DNA of 64,000 bases from an uncultured Acidobacteriota bacterium (lineage in GTDB: Bacteria; Acidobacteriota; Vicinamibacteria; Vicinamibacterales; UBA2999). Of this stretch, positions 27,681 through 37,359 are shown one piece after another. Positions within the stretch are counted from its first letter, which is position 1; each line of letters opens with the position of its first letter. The notes under the pieces were generated by a model. The model saw nothing but the letters and a program-made list of their open reading frames with translations. It ran no database searches and was not told the DNA's origin. The stretch is from contig CAVSPI010000001.1 in the NCBI GenBank assembly GCA_963729975.1, positions 2,766,625 to 2,830,624 on the forward strand, given 5' to 3'. The translations under genes and the position numbers were made by a program.

Positions 27681-28183
27681 CGTTCCACGCGATAGCCGAC
27701 CTGCACGGCGGTCGCCCGAAGCACCTGGACCAGCACCCGCGGCGAGAGACCGACGAGAAACCCGCGCTTGCCGCCGTTGATGAAGATACGGTCGAGCGCC
27801 AGCACGCTCTCCTCGACATAGACCGGCAGCGCGGTGCGCGTACCGAACGGGCTGACGCCGCCCGGCTGGTAGCCGGTATGCCGCTCGACGGCCGCTTCCG
27901 ACGCCGGTTCGATTGTCTTCACGCCCAGCGTGCGGGCGAGCTGCTTCGTCGAAATCTCGCGGTCGCCGTGCATCAGCACGACGAGCGGTTGGGCGCGCGC
28001 GTCATCACCCCTCGCCTCGAGCACGATGGTCTTGATGACGCCATGCTCGTCGACGCCGAGGCTCGCCGACGACTGCCGCGTGCCGCCACGTTCGACGTAG
28101 GGATAGGGGTGCGGGGTGAACTCGACACGGGCGGCGCGCAGGGCGCGCACTGCGCGGGTGACTGGAATCTCCAGAGCCTTCAT
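27677..28183 (-). CDS. ybaK: Cys-tRNA(Pro)/Cys-tRNA(Cys) deacylase YbaK.
   Basis: MKALEIPVTRAVRALRAARVEFTPHPYPYVERGGTRQSSASLGVDEHGVIKTIVLEARGDDARAQPLVVLMHGDREISTKQLARTLGVKTIEPA...GYQPGGVSPFGTRTALPVYVEESVLALDRIFINGGKRG. ATG confirmed at 28181-28183. The upstream part of the 343-aa track ORF is non-protein-like. Confidence 0.85.
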   Translation of the reverse strand: MKALEIPVTRAVRALRAARVEFTPHPYPYVERGGTRQSSASLGVDEHGVIKTIVLEARGDDARAQPLVVLMHGDREISTKQLARTLGVKTIEPASEAAVERHTGYQPGGVSPFGTRTALPVYVEESVLALDRIFINGGKRGFLVGLSPRVLVQVLRATAVQVGYRVER

Positions 28184-28194
28184 CGCCGGGCCGG

Positions 28195-28653
28195 TTACGG
28201 CGTCTGCGCCGCCACCTTCGTGCTCTGGCTGGCGACGCACTGCCAGCGGCCGTCGCGCATCACCCACACGTCCACATACTGATACGTGATCTCGGTGGGC
28301 TTTCCCTGCACGGGCCCGACCAAGTGTTGCGTCATCCAGACAACCGCCGTATTGCCATACACCTTGACAACGAAGTCCTCGAGTCGCCGCGAGTCCACCT
28401 GTTGATTGAAGGTGGCGGCAATCGACACTTCCTTGGCCTTGTCGCCACGCGAGCCGTCGCTGTAGGTGGCGATGAACTCGTCGGCGAGGAGATTGGCAAT
28501 GGCCGCCGCGTCGCGGCGCTGAAACGCGGCGTCCCAGTCGCGTTCCAACTGGATCAGGATCTCCTGGTCCGACAGCACAGGCTTCTGCTGCGCGCCGGCG
28601 GTCGCCGCCGCCAGCAGCATCAGTGCCACGCCCAGTACGGCTCGCGTCCTCAT
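28195..28653 (-). CDS. Secreted SnoaL-like / DUF4440 (NTF2 fold) protein.
   Basis: Signal peptide MRTRAVLGVALMLLAAATAGAQQ. DQEILIQLERDWDAAFQRRDAAAIANLLADEFIATYSDG...VYGNTAVVWMTQ...VWVMRDGRWQCVASQ. Confidence 0.7.
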   Translation of the reverse strand: MRTRAVLGVALMLLAAATAGAQQKPVLSDQEILIQLERDWDAAFQRRDAAAIANLLADEFIATYSDGSRGDKAKEVSIAATFNQQVDSRRLEDFVVKVYGNTAVVWMTQHLVGPVQGKPTEITYQYVDVWVMRDGRWQCVASQSTKVAAQTP

Positions 28654-28754
28654 CCACACTCCTCGGCCGTCCGCTCGCGGCTGATTCGCACACCCGACGA
28701 TAACCCATCCCGCCCGGAGCTGCCCGGTACGCAATCGCACTGGACGCCGGCGCG

Positions 28755-29258
28755 TCAGCCCATGGTCGCGGTGATCGCCGGCGGACGGCGCAGCGTCTGC
28801 AGCACGACGCAGTAGCGCTCGGTCAGCTTCAACAGGGTCGCCCGCTGTTCGTCAGTCGCGTCCGTGTCGAGCTCGAACCGCAGCCGGATGTCCGTAAACC
28901 CCACGGCGGCTTCCTTGGAGACGCCGAGCGTGCCGCGAAAGTCGAGGTCGCCTTGCGCCGCGATCGTCGCATGCCGCAGCTCGATACCGAGCGCCGTGGC
29001 GACGGCGCGAAGGGTCACGCCGGCACAGGCCACGAGTGCCTCGAGCAGCATGTCTCCCGAGCACGCGGCCAGCCCATCACCGCCGGTCGCCGGGTGCAGC
29101 CCGGCCTCGACCAGCGCTGTGCCCGTGGCCACCTTGCAGGTCAGGGCGTCGGTTGCCTCGCCCGTGGCACGCAGCGTGACGACGGCGGCCGACGGATCAT
29201 CACGATAGCGCTGCTTCAGCGGCGCCTGCCGCTCGCGCAATTGGTCGCCAGTCAACAT
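28755..29258 (-). CDS. OsmC/Ohr-family protein.
   Basis: ...LTCKVATGTALVEAGLHPATGGDGLAACSGDMLLEALVACAGVTL...TLGVSKEAAVGFTDIRLRFELDTDATDEQRATLLKLTERYCVV. The two conserved Cys of the OsmC fold are present. Confidence 0.85.
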   Translation of the reverse strand: MLTGDQLRERQAPLKQRYRDDPSAAVVTLRATGEATDALTCKVATGTALVEAGLHPATGGDGLAACSGDMLLEALVACAGVTLRAVATALGIELRHATIAAQGDLDFRGTLGVSKEAAVGFTDIRLRFELDTDATDEQRATLLKLTERYCVVLQTLRRPPAITATMG

Positions 29259-29268
29259 GCTGCGGACC

Positions 29269-30855
29269 CTACCAGTCGGTGGGCCGGTAGTCCTTCAGGA
29301 ACTGCCCCCAGACATGCCGGCCGGTGTTGACGCCGTCGATGATCGGATCGACGATGCGCGCGGCGCCGTCGATGGCGTCGAGCGGCGGGTGAAAGCGGTG
29401 CTCGATCGTCTTGCGGGCGGCAATCTCGATCGCATCCTCGTCGGTGATCCAGCCGGTGTCCACGCTGTTCATGTGGATGCCGTCCTGGTGATAGTCGGTC
29501 GCCGACGTGCGCGTCATCATGTTGAGCGACGCCTTCGCCATGTTCGTGTGCGGATGCCGCGTCGTCTTGAACGTGCGATAGAACTGCCCCTCGACCGCCG
29601 AGACGTTGACGATGTGCTTGTCGCGCTCCGGCGTGGCGAGCATGAGCGGCTTGAGGCGCGCGTTGAGGATGAAGGGCGCCACCGCGTTCACCAGCTGCAC
29701 CTCGAGCAGTTCGACGGCCGATACCTCGGCCAGCAGCAGGCGCCACGAATTGCGGTCGCGCAGGTCCACCTGCTGCAGGTCCTGATCGAGGCGGCCCTGC
29801 GGGAACAGGTCGCGCTGCGCGGCGAGCTCCTCCGGCAGGAGCGGCACCTGCGACCGCTGCGCCGCGTGCGTCAGCCCGGAGATCTCCGACAGGCGGCGTT
29901 CGAGCGCCGGCGCCGCGGCGTCGGCTTCGGGCAGCAGGTGGTAGCCGCGCAGCCCCTCGTACGCTCCCACCAGGCGGCGCACGTGCTCGGGCATCTCGCG
30001 CAGCGTTGCCGTCTCGCCCGCCATCATGTGCGCGTAGAAATCCGGCGGGCGGCGCACGGTCTGGCAGGCGTTGTTGACGATGAAGTCGAGGCGCGTGCGG
30101 GTGGCGAGCAGCTCGCGGCAGAAGGCCTCCACACTTGGCGTGTGGCGCAGATCGAGCCCGAAGATCTCCAGCCGGTGTTCCCACTCGGCGAAGTCCGGTT
30201 CACGGGCGTAACGCATCGCGGAATCGCGCGGGAAGCGCGTCGTGACGATGACGTGCGCGCCGCAGCGCAGGAGCTTGAGACCCGCCTGGTAGCCGATCTT
30301 GACGCGTCCGCCGGTGAGCAATGCCACCCGGCCGCGCAGATCGGCCAGCTCGGTACGCTTGGCAAAGTTGACCTCGGCGCACGGTGGACAGAGCTGGTCG
30401 TAGAAGTGGTGCACGACCGCGTATCGCGTCTTGCAGACGTAGCAGACCTGCGGCTCGGAGGCCACGCGCGCGTCCGACTGCGGTGGCGGCGCTGCTTCCT
30501 CGTCGCGCGGATCGTCGGGCCCGACATCGCGCGGCTCGAAGCCTGCCGGCGCCTGAATGTTCGGCGAATGGTAGAGCGGGCGGCCGCGCAGCGTCCGGAT
30601 GCCCGTAGCGGCGCGGACGTCGTCCACCTGCCGCATCCGCGCGGCCTTGCGGTTGCGCGTCAGCACCCGGGACATGCGCCGCCGCTCGGTGCGGTCGGGG
30701 CTGTAGACAGCCGCAATGGCCTCGAGCAGCCGCTTGCGCTCGTCGTCGGGCACTGTGTCCAGCATGCGGCCGTCGCCGGCGATGGTTTCGAGCAGTTCGA
30801 TCGCTTCGCGCAGCCGCTGAGCCAGATCGAGGGCTTCTCCGCTTGACGCTCCCAC
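29269..30855 (-). CDS. SDR-family oxidoreductase with a ~150 aa N-terminal extension carrying a CxxC...CPPC zinc-ribbon.
   Basis: VCYVCKTRYAVVHHFYDQLCPPCAEVNF precedes a Rossmann segment GRVALLTGGRVKIGYQAGLKLLRCGAHVIVTTRF. NNACQTV follows, and the active-site region is NVSAVEGQF...HPHTNMAKASLNMMTRT. An intact 528-aa ORF. Confidence 0.8.
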   Translation of the reverse strand: MGASSGEALDLAQRLREAIELLETIAGDGRMLDTVPDDERKRLLEAIAAVYSPDRTERRRMSRVLTRNRKAARMRQVDDVRAATGIRTLRGRPLYHSPNIQAPAGFEPRDVGPDDPRDEEAAPPPQSDARVASEPQVCYVCKTRYAVVHHFYDQLCPPCAEVNFAKRTELADLRGRVALLTGGRVKIGYQAGLKLLRCGAHVIVTTRFPRDSAMRYAREPDFAEWEHRLEIFGLDLRHTPSVEAFCRELLATRTRLDFIVNNACQTVRRPPDFYAHMMAGETATLREMPEHVRRLVGAYEGLRGYHLLPEADAAAPALERRLSEISGLTHAAQRSQVPLLPEELAAQRDLFPQGRLDQDLQQVDLRDRNSWRLLLAEVSAVELLEVQLVNAVAPFILNARLKPLMLATPERDKHIVNVSAVEGQFYRTFKTTRHPHTNMAKASLNMMTRTSATDYHQDGIHMNSVDTGWITDEDAIEIAARKTIEHRFHPPLDAIDGAARIVDPIIDGVNTGRHVWGQFLKDYRPTDW

Positions 30856-30913
30856 CCTGCCATTCTATCCATCCGCGCCGGCGGGGCGCGCCCGACCTGG
30901 CCCGCGCCGCGGT

Positions 30914-32013
30914 CAGTTCTGGCTGAATATCGCCACGACGATCAGGACCAGCACGGCCAGCAGGACGAGCAGCAGGATCTTCCAGACGCTGTACGGATGG
31001 CGGCCGGCGATCCGTCCCGGTATAGCCGTTGACGATGACCTGGAACGCCTTCGAGCCGTAGTTGTACGACAGGAGCCACACCGGCACCAGCACGTGCTTG
31101 AACGTCTGGCCGGAGTACTGCGGGTCGATGCGCAGGTTGCGGTAGGTATCGCCCGGGACCTGCTGCGCGCACAGCTGCTCCAGCTGCGCGTGCATCTGCT
31201 GCTGCGACCGCTGCGCGGCCTCGACCAGCACCACCTTGTAGTGCTCGACGACGTGGCCGGACAGGAACGCCGTGTCGTAGGCGACGACCTCCTGGTCGGG
31301 AACGGCTCGACCTGCTTGCAGCAGGTCGAGCGGCAGTCCCTGTGTCCCCGGCACCGCCTCGTCGTCGAAGGCGTGATCGATGGCGCCGGACGCGGGCTCC
31401 CAGCGGGTGCGCCGTTCCTGCCGCATGATCGGGCGCCCTTTCGCGTCGCGCCCCGGCACGGTCACGTAGTAGTAGTGGCCGGCCTCCGCCTGCCACGGAC
31501 AGTGCACGCGGGCGTCGAAGGTCCAGTACGGAATGTAGAGGCTGTGCACCGTGTCGACCAGGGCGGCCTGCGACAGCCGGCCGGGCGCCAGCCACTTGCT
31601 CTCGCCACCAGCGGCGGATGTCGTCGCGCACCGCGACGCGATCGACGCGGAACGGCAGCAGCCCTGCGGCCGGATCGGCGACTTGATCTCCGTCGTAGTC
31701 GACCAGCGCCGGCGAGCCGCAGAACTCGCAGTTCTGGCCGACGCGCTCCGGGTCGAAGACCATCACGGCGCGGCACGACTGGCACTGCACGCTGCGCCGC
31801 GCGGTCAGCCAGCCGCGCTCGTCCTCGGGCAGCTCGCGCAGCGCCGCGCACCAGGTCGACCTCGACGACCGTGCCGGTGTCGCGGTCGACCTGGTACGGC
31901 GATTCGGTGCCGCAGAACGCGCACCGCAGCTTCTGCGTCGTCGGATTCCATTCCGCCTGCGCGCCGCAGGCCGGGCAGGCGTGCTTCTCGAGCGCCGCAA
32001 TCTCCGTCGCCAT
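30914..32013 (-). pseudogene. Multi-zinc-ribbon protein with a C-terminal TM anchor, split by at least 3 frameshifts.
   Basis: N-terminal frame: MATEIAALEKHACPACGAQAEWNPTTQKLRCAFCGTESPYQVDRDTGTVVEVDL. Middle frame: ...SVQCQSCRAVMVFDPERVGQNCEFCGSPALVDYD...LLPFRVDRVAVRDDIRRWW. Third frame: HSLYIPYWTFDARVHCPWQAEAGHYYYVTV...VPVWLLSYNYGSKAFQVIVNGYTGT. Tail: KILLLVLLAVLVLIVVAIFSQN*, stop at 30914-30916. Confidence 0.6.
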
Positions 32014-32017
32014 CCGG

Positions 32018-33060
32018 CTACGACGAGAGGTAGCTGGTGACGGCGGCGCGCGCGATGCGCCAGGTCGAGCCGATCTTCTTGCCCTTCAGATCGCCCGATT
32101 CGAGCACCGCCATCACGTCGGCCTCGCAGACGCCGAGCGCCTGCGCCGCCTCGGCCACCGACATCAGCTCCGGCAGGCTCGGCGCCACCGTCGGCGTGGC
32201 CTGTCCGCCGGCAAAGCCGTCGCGCATCATCTGCTGCGCGAGGCCGAAGCCGACCGCGAGCTCGGCGGCGGTGCCGGCCGGCGCCGCCGCCGCCGGCTTC
32301 GAGGCCCTTCCCCATCTGATACTTCACGAAGTCGTTGAGGTTGCCGATCGCCGTCATGCTCGAACGCTTGTCGATCGCCTGCTCGACCTCCGGCGGCACC
32401 GACACGTTCTCGACGATGAAGCTGGTGATCTCGATGCCGTATTTTGCGGTGACCGCCGGGTTGATCAGCGGCAGCAGCGCGTCGCCGAGCTCGGTGTAGC
32501 GCGAGGCCACGTCGAGCACGGGCACCTTCGCCGAGGCGATCGCGTCGGTGAAGATGCTGACGATGCGCGAGCGCATCGTGTCGCTGAACTCGTCGAGCCG
32601 GAAGTTGTGATCGGAGCCGGCGACTTCGCGCAGGAAGGTCTTCGGCTCGACGATCTTGAAGTCGTAGGTGCCGAACGCGCGGACGCGCACGACGCCGAAG
32701 TCGGTGTCGCGCAGCATCACCGGGTTGGACGTGCCCCACTTGTTGCCGGTGAACAGGCGCGTGACGACGTAGTAGACGTCGGCCTTGAACGGCGAGTCGA
32801 AGCCGAACGGCCACGACTTGATCCGCGTCAGGACCGGGATGTTGTCGGTGGTGAGGGTGTGCTTGCCGGGACCGAAGGTGTCGCCGAACTCGCCGAGGTA
32901 GACGAACTGCGCCACCTGCGATTCGCGCACGATCAGCTGCGCGCCGTTCTTGATCGCCTTGTCCTCGTCGGGAAACCGCCACGAGAGCGTGTCGCGCGAG
33001 TCGTCGGTCCACTCGATGATGTCGAGCAGCTCGCCCTTGATGAAGTCCATGATGCCCACG
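32018..33060 (-). pseudogene. SPFH / band-7 (flotillin-like, YdjI-type) protein with a C-terminal excisionase-type HTH, interrupted by one frameshift inside a GGC repeat run at ~32281-32295.
   Basis: (V)GIMDFIKGELLDIIEWTDDSRDTLSWRFPDEDKAIKNGAQLIVRESQVAQFVYLGEFGDTFGPGKHTLTTDNIPVLTRIKSWPFGFDSPFKADVYYV...NLNDFVKYQMGKGLEAGGGGA, then after the shift TAAELAVGFGLAQQMMRDGFAGGQATPTVAPSLPELMSVAEAAQALGVCEADVMAVLESGDLKGKKIGSTWRIARAAVTSYLSS*. Start is GTG 33060 or ATG 33051. GAAGGAG lies upstream. Confidence 0.75.
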
Positions 33061-33794
33061 GCGGTGTCACTCCTTCTCTGCGTCGTCCCTTGAGCCACCT
33101 CGCGACGGCAACCAGGCCGGCACCCACCAGTCCATTCGAAGTTACGTCCTGCAGCCAGACATCGTTCCCCGCACGGCCTGCGAACGCCATGTCCGCCTCG
33201 CGACGGGCGCGCGCCAGCCGCAGCGGCAGCGCCGGATCGACCGGCTGCGACGTCCGGTCTTCGGCCTTCTGCAGTTGGGCGACCAGGCGCTGCGCCTGCT
33301 GCAGGTCGAGCATCGAGAGCGGCGATCCACAGTGCGGGCACCCCGCGCCGGCGGCAAGATCGACGGGCGCACCGCAGTTCGAGCAGTTGACGGCCTGCAG
33401 CGACTGCCGCAGCTGATCGATCTGCGGCGGCGTGAGCGGGCGGATGAAATCCTTCTCGCGCAGGAAGTCGAAAAACGTCGTGAACCGGCCATGCTCGTGC
33501 GGGCAGCGCCAGATACTCGAAGCGCGTGGCACGCTGCATGTCCGAGGTGCGCCGCAGCCGCGCCCGGCAGCGCGGACACTTGGCGAGGTCGGCACGGCCC
33601 GCCTGCGGCGCTGCCGCGCGCTCGCCGATCAGCCGGAAGAGCGCGAGCGTGGAGGCCGGCGTGAGGCTGAGGCTCTCGCGGGCGTCGAACCAGAACGCCT
33701 GACAGGAAAAGCAGATGTCGATCGTGACCGCGCGACGCAGGTGAGCGTCGAAGGTCTGCTCGAGCATCGGCGAAGCACAGCGCGGGCATTGCAC
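33061..33794 (-). pseudogene. TFIIB-type zinc-ribbon protein (YdjG-like), frameshifted near 33500. The 3' end is not resolved.
   Basis: Frame A: MQCPRCASPMLEQTFDAHLRRAVTIDICFSCQAFWFDARESLSLTPASTLALFRLI...KCPRCRARLRRTSDMQRATRFEYL. Frame B: CPHEHGRFTTFFDFLREKDFIRPLTPPQIDQLRQSLQAVNCSNCGAPVDLAAGAGCPHCGSPLSMLDLQQAQRLVAQLQKAEDR...GLVGAGLVAVARWLKG. Confidence 0.55.
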
Positions 33795-33843
33795 GGTCAG
33801 CGATGGTCCGCGGACAGCCTACCGCAAGTGGCGCCGGCCGCCG

Positions 33844-34698
33844 TCACTTCTCCGAGGCGATACGCGCACGCAGACGGCCGCGGGCGGCCTCCACGTAGCG
33901 GCGGCATGCCGCAGGGTCGACAAGCGTGCCCTTCGCGAGACGCTCCCAGAGATCCGAGGCATCCGCATGCGGCGTCAACAGCACGTCGCACGGCAGACGG
34001 CTGAGCGTGGCGAAGCCGCGTTCGAAGTCCTGGATGGCCTGCGGATAGGTTCGGCTTGCCGTGTATTTGAATCCGTCGGCCGAGACGGCCGTCAGGCTGT
34101 CGGCGTAGACCATGTCGAGGCAGCGGCCGTCCTGGCACGAGCGCCAGCTCCACGTCGTCCCGCCCGGCGTGTGCCCTCCTGTCGCATGCGCGGTCAGCGC
34201 CAGGTCGCCAACGCGCAGCGTCTCCCCGTCCTGCACTACGCGCACGCCCTTGACGCGAGCGATATCCAGCGACAACCCGAACTGCGGATCGTCGTCGCCG
34301 GACTTGCCCGACTCGAGCACGCGGGCGCTCGACGCCGTCGCCGCCACCGCCGCGCCGCTCAACCGCTGCAGCTCGCCGATGCCGCCGGCATGGTCGTAGT
34401 GCACGTGCGAGTTGAGGATCAGCTCGACGTCCTCGACGCGGAAGCCAAGCGCGCGGATGCCGCTGACGATGCCGGCGACCGATTCGGGCAGCGCGCCGTC
34501 GAGCAGCACGTGACCCGCGTCCGAGGTGATGAGGATGGCGCTCACGCCGCGCGGGCCGACGTAGTAGACGTTGCCGAAGAGCCGCGCCGGCGCCTGCGGC
34601 GCATTCCAGGCAGCGCGTGCATCCTGCGCCACCGCCGCCATCGTCATGCCGGTCGCGCAGGCGAGGGCAAGCAGAGCCTTTCGGATTGTATCCGGCAT
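33844..34698 (-). CDS. Subclass B3 metallo-beta-lactamase-fold hydrolase, secreted.
   Basis: Signal peptide MPDTIRKALLALACATGMTMAAVAQ. Zinc motif LNSHVHYDHAGG (HxHxDH), then ...HATGGHTPGGTTW...LLTPHAD. The global pattern matches the L1/GOB/THIN-B-type B3 enzymes. Confidence 0.85.
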   Translation of the reverse strand: MPDTIRKALLALACATGMTMAAVAQDARAAWNAPQAPARLFGNVYYVGPRGVSAILITSDAGHVLLDGALPESVAGIVSGIRALGFRVEDVELILNSHVHYDHAGGIGELQRLSGAAVAATASSARVLESGKSGDDDPQFGLSLDIARVKGVRVVQDGETLRVGDLALTAHATGGHTPGGTTWSWRSCQDGRCLDMVYADSLTAVSADGFKYTASRTYPQAIQDFERGFATLSRLPCDVLLTPHADASDLWERLAKGTLVDPAACRRYVEAARGRLRARIASEK

Positions 34699-34718
34699 GC
34701 CGATCAGTATCTCTACTC

Positions 34719-34832
34719 AATGCCCAATGCTCAATGCGCAAGAGAGAAGGCGACGGGCTGTAGGCGACAGGCACAGCCTCACCCGGTTGCCCAGATTTCG
34801 GGCGCTTCCGCATTGCGCATTGCGCATTGAAA
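34719..34832. repeat. Composite element in a divergent promoter region. It is a 23 bp imperfect inverted repeat built from three tandem CAATGC heptamers (TCAATGCCCAATGCTCAATGCGC ... GCGCATTGCGCATTGCGCATTGA), flanking a ~65 bp core that contains a further hairpin (GGCTGTAGGCGACAGGCACAGCC).
   Basis: Direct inspection. The arms are reverse complements of each other with 2 mismatches. Confidence 0.7.
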
Positions 34833-34858
34833 TTCACCCCCCAGCCTATACTCCGACG

Positions 34859-35830
34859 GTGAGAGCATCCCTTCTCGCGCTTGCGTGCGCGCTCGTCGCC
34901 GGCTGCGCCATCCCTCGCGCCGCCGTCACGACCCGGCCCGACTCGCCATCAGCCCTCGAGACCTCGCTGCGCGCGCACATGGAGTTTCTCGCCAGTGACG
35001 CGCTGAATGGCCGTGGCAGCGGCACACGCGACGAGTGGATCGCCGCCACGTACGCCGCGGCACAGATGCGACGGCTCGGGCTCGAGACGATGGATGCGGC
35101 CGGCTATGTGCAGACGATCGTCCGCGGCACGGCGCGCACCTGGAATGCCGTCGGTCGTCTTGCCGGTGCCGATGCCGCTGGCCGGCAGGAGGTGATCCTG
35201 CTCAGCGCCCACATCGATCACCTCGGCAGTCGCGCCGGACAGGCCAACGCACCGGCCGACGCCATCTACAACGGCGCCGATGACGACGCCTCGGGAACGG
35301 TGGCGGTGCTCGAGCTGATGGAGCTGCTGGCGCGCGGGCCGCGGCCGCGGCGATCGATCGTCTTCGCGTTCTTCGGCAGCGAGGAACGCGGCGGGCTCGG
35401 CTCGCAGCACTTCGCCGACACACCCACGGTGCCGCTGCCGCAGATCGTCGCCAACCTGCAGTTCGAGATGATCGGCCGCCCCGACGGCGCGGTGGCGCCG
35501 CGCACGCTCTGGCTCACGGGCTTCGAGCGCTCCACGCTGGGAGCCGAGCTGGCCAGGCGCGGTGCCCGGCTCGTGCCGGACCCGCATCCCGAGATGAACT
35601 TCTTCGAACGCTCCGACAACATCCAGTTCGCGCGCCGCGGCGTCGTCGCCCACACGGTGGCGAGCTACGGGCTGCACACGGACTACCACACGCCGGCCGA
35701 CCAGCTCGATCGCATCGACTTCGCGCACATGGCCGACGCCATCGCGTCGCTGGCCGAGCCAATCCGCCGGCTGGCGGACTCGGACTTCAGGCCGGCGTGG
35801 AAGCCGGGGATGAAGCCAGAGAGCAAGTAG
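34859..35830 (+). CDS. M28-family zinc aminopeptidase, lipoprotein.
   Basis: GTG 34859 gives MRASLLALACALVAGCAIP (lipobox LVAGC). ...LLSAHIDHLG...YNGADDDASGTVAVLELMELLA...IVFAFFGSEERGGLGSQHF...NLQFEMIGRP are the M28 Zn-ligand motifs (H, D, EE, D, H). The upstream part of the track ORF is non-protein-like. Confidence 0.8.
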   Translation: MRASLLALACALVAGCAIPRAAVTTRPDSPSALETSLRAHMEFLASDALNGRGSGTRDEWIAATYAAAQMRRLGLETMDAAGYVQTIVRGTARTWNAVGRLAGADAAGRQEVILLSAHIDHLGSRAGQANAPADAIYNGADDDASGTVAVLELMELLARGPRPRRSIVFAFFGSEERGGLGSQHFADTPTVPLPQIVANLQFEMIGRPDGAVAPRTLWLTGFERSTLGAELARRGARLVPDPHPEMNFFERSDNIQFARRGVVAHTVASYGLHTDYHTPADQLDRIDFAHMADAIASLAEPIRRLADSDFRPAWKPGMKPESK

Positions 35831-35879
35831 GACGTTCGACGTTGGAACTTTGCAGGGAAGTCTGCGTATCTCTCCTTGG

Positions 35880-36408
35880 CAATCTACAAGAGTGATGTTT
35901 GCGTGAGTGACCAGACCGACCTGATCCAGGGCACGCTCGACCTGCTCATCATGCGGACCATCGCGCTCGAGCGGATGCATGGCTGGGCTATCGCGCAGCG
36001 GATCCAGCAGCCCGCGCACGCGTGCCAGCAGCTTCTGTCCCGGGAACGACACGTCGTCGCTGGCGGCGACGACCAGCGTCGGCATCGGCAGACGGCGCAG
36101 ATCCGCGTCGGTCACAAGCGGCGGGATGCGCAGGTCGAGCACGAAGTGGCGAATGGCGTCGCCCATGTACTGCGCCCAGTCGTCGTCCCAGGTGCTGAAG
36201 AGCGGCTCGACGAAGCGGCGCAGGCGCGCCGGCGACGGATCACGAGCGGCGGATTGCGCGGATCGCCGGCCAGCAGCACATGCGACGGCCCGTGCGCAGT
36301 CGCCACGTCACGCTGCTCGACCGGCACCGGTAGGCGCTGCAGGAACCGCTCGTACCACCCTTCGAGCCGAGCGCGGCCTGCCTCACTCTTGAAGATTCCG
36401 GCCGCCAC
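35880..36408 (-). pseudogene. Alpha/beta-hydrolase-fold gene remnant, frameshifted and too short.
   Basis: Frame 1: MAAGIFKSEAGRARLEGWYERFLQRLPVPVEQRDVATAHGPSHVLLAGDPRNPPLV. Frame 2: ...MGDAIRHFVLDLRIPPLVTDADLRRLPMPTLVVAASDDVSFPGQKLLARVRGLL. Together this is under 180 aa, against ~270 aa for intact family members. Confidence 0.4.
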
Positions 36409-36430
36409 GCGTCGATCGTATCAGGACGGT

Positions 36431-36465
36431 TGGCAGGTCCGGCTGAAGCCGGACCCCACGCCTCT
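36431..36465. repeat. REP-like hairpin CAGGTCCGGCTGAAGCCGGACCCCACGCC.
   Basis: Direct inspection. Confidence 0.7.
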
Positions 36466-36523
36466 GCGCCAGCTATAATCCGCCGACAGCTGGACGTGGC
36501 CAGCCGTGAATCGAGGAGGCTGC

Positions 36524-37324
36524 ATGCGTGCGACTGACGGCGTCCTGGCGCGACGGTGGCGAGTGGCGGCCTGTGCGATCGTCGCAGCGCTTCTCGCGGT
36601 ACCGGCCACCGCACAGTGGCTGAAACATCCCGACCCGCGCGTGCCGCGGACGGCGGACGGCAAGCCGAACCTGGCGGCGCCTGCCCCGCGCCTGGCTGAC
36701 GGCAAGCCCGATCTCAACGGTCTGTGGAACGCGACGGACGGCCGCTTCCTGACAAACCTGAGCCGGCGTGCCGGCGTCGAGCCGCCATTCCAGCCGTGGG
36801 CGAAGGCGGTCTTCGACGAGCGGCAGGCCAACCAGGGGCGCGATCGGCCGGCCGGGTTCTGCCTGCCGCACGGCGTGCCCGATGCGATGCTCGTGCCCGG
36901 CTACCCCTGGAAGTTCGTGCAGACGCCGGGGCTGACGATCATCCTCTACGAGAACTTCACCGATTTCCGGCAGATCTTCACTGACGGCCGCGACTTCCCC
37001 ACCGAACGCGCGGGCACCTGGTTCGGCTACTCGATCGGCAAGTGGGAGGGCGACGTCTTCGTGGTCGAGAGCACCGGCTTCAACGGCAAGACGTGGCTCG
37101 ACGACGGCGGGCATCCGATTACCGAGGCGATGCGGATCACCGAGCGCTTCCGCCGTCGCGACTTCGGACACCTGGACGTCGAGTTCACGTTCGACGATCC
37201 GAAGACCTACACGAAGCCGTGGACCGTCACGGTGCCGTTCGAGCTGCTCGCCGACACCGAGATCATCGAGAATGTGTGCGAGAACGAGCGCGACGCCGCG
37301 CGCATCGGCGGGATCCGGCCGTAA
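36524..37324 (+). CDS. Secreted hypothetical protein; member 1 of a three-paralog family in this window.
   Basis: Signal peptide MRATDGVLARRWRVAACAIVAALLAVPATAQW. Shared family motifs: PFQPWAKAVFDERQ, FCLPHGVP, GTWFGYSIGKWEGDVFVVESTGFNGKTWLDDGGHPITEAMRITERFRRRDFGHLDVEFTFDDPKTYTKPWTV. Confidence 0.75.
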   Translation: MRATDGVLARRWRVAACAIVAALLAVPATAQWLKHPDPRVPRTADGKPNLAAPAPRLADGKPDLNGLWNATDGRFLTNLSRRAGVEPPFQPWAKAVFDERQANQGRDRPAGFCLPHGVPDAMLVPGYPWKFVQTPGLTIILYENFTDFRQIFTDGRDFPTERAGTWFGYSIGKWEGDVFVVESTGFNGKTWLDDGGHPITEAMRITERFRRRDFGHLDVEFTFDDPKTYTKPWTVTVPFELLADTEIIENVCENERDAARIGGIRP

Positions 37325-37359
37325 GTCCTCACCTCGCTGAATTCAGCAGGAGACCGCCC

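Noticed and set aside
30942-33794. 950-aa single ORF on the minus strand
   Set aside because: It is a read-through artefact that concatenates three distinct genes (zinc-ribbon, SPFH, zinc-ribbon/TM) through frameshifted junctions. Only segments of it are protein-like.
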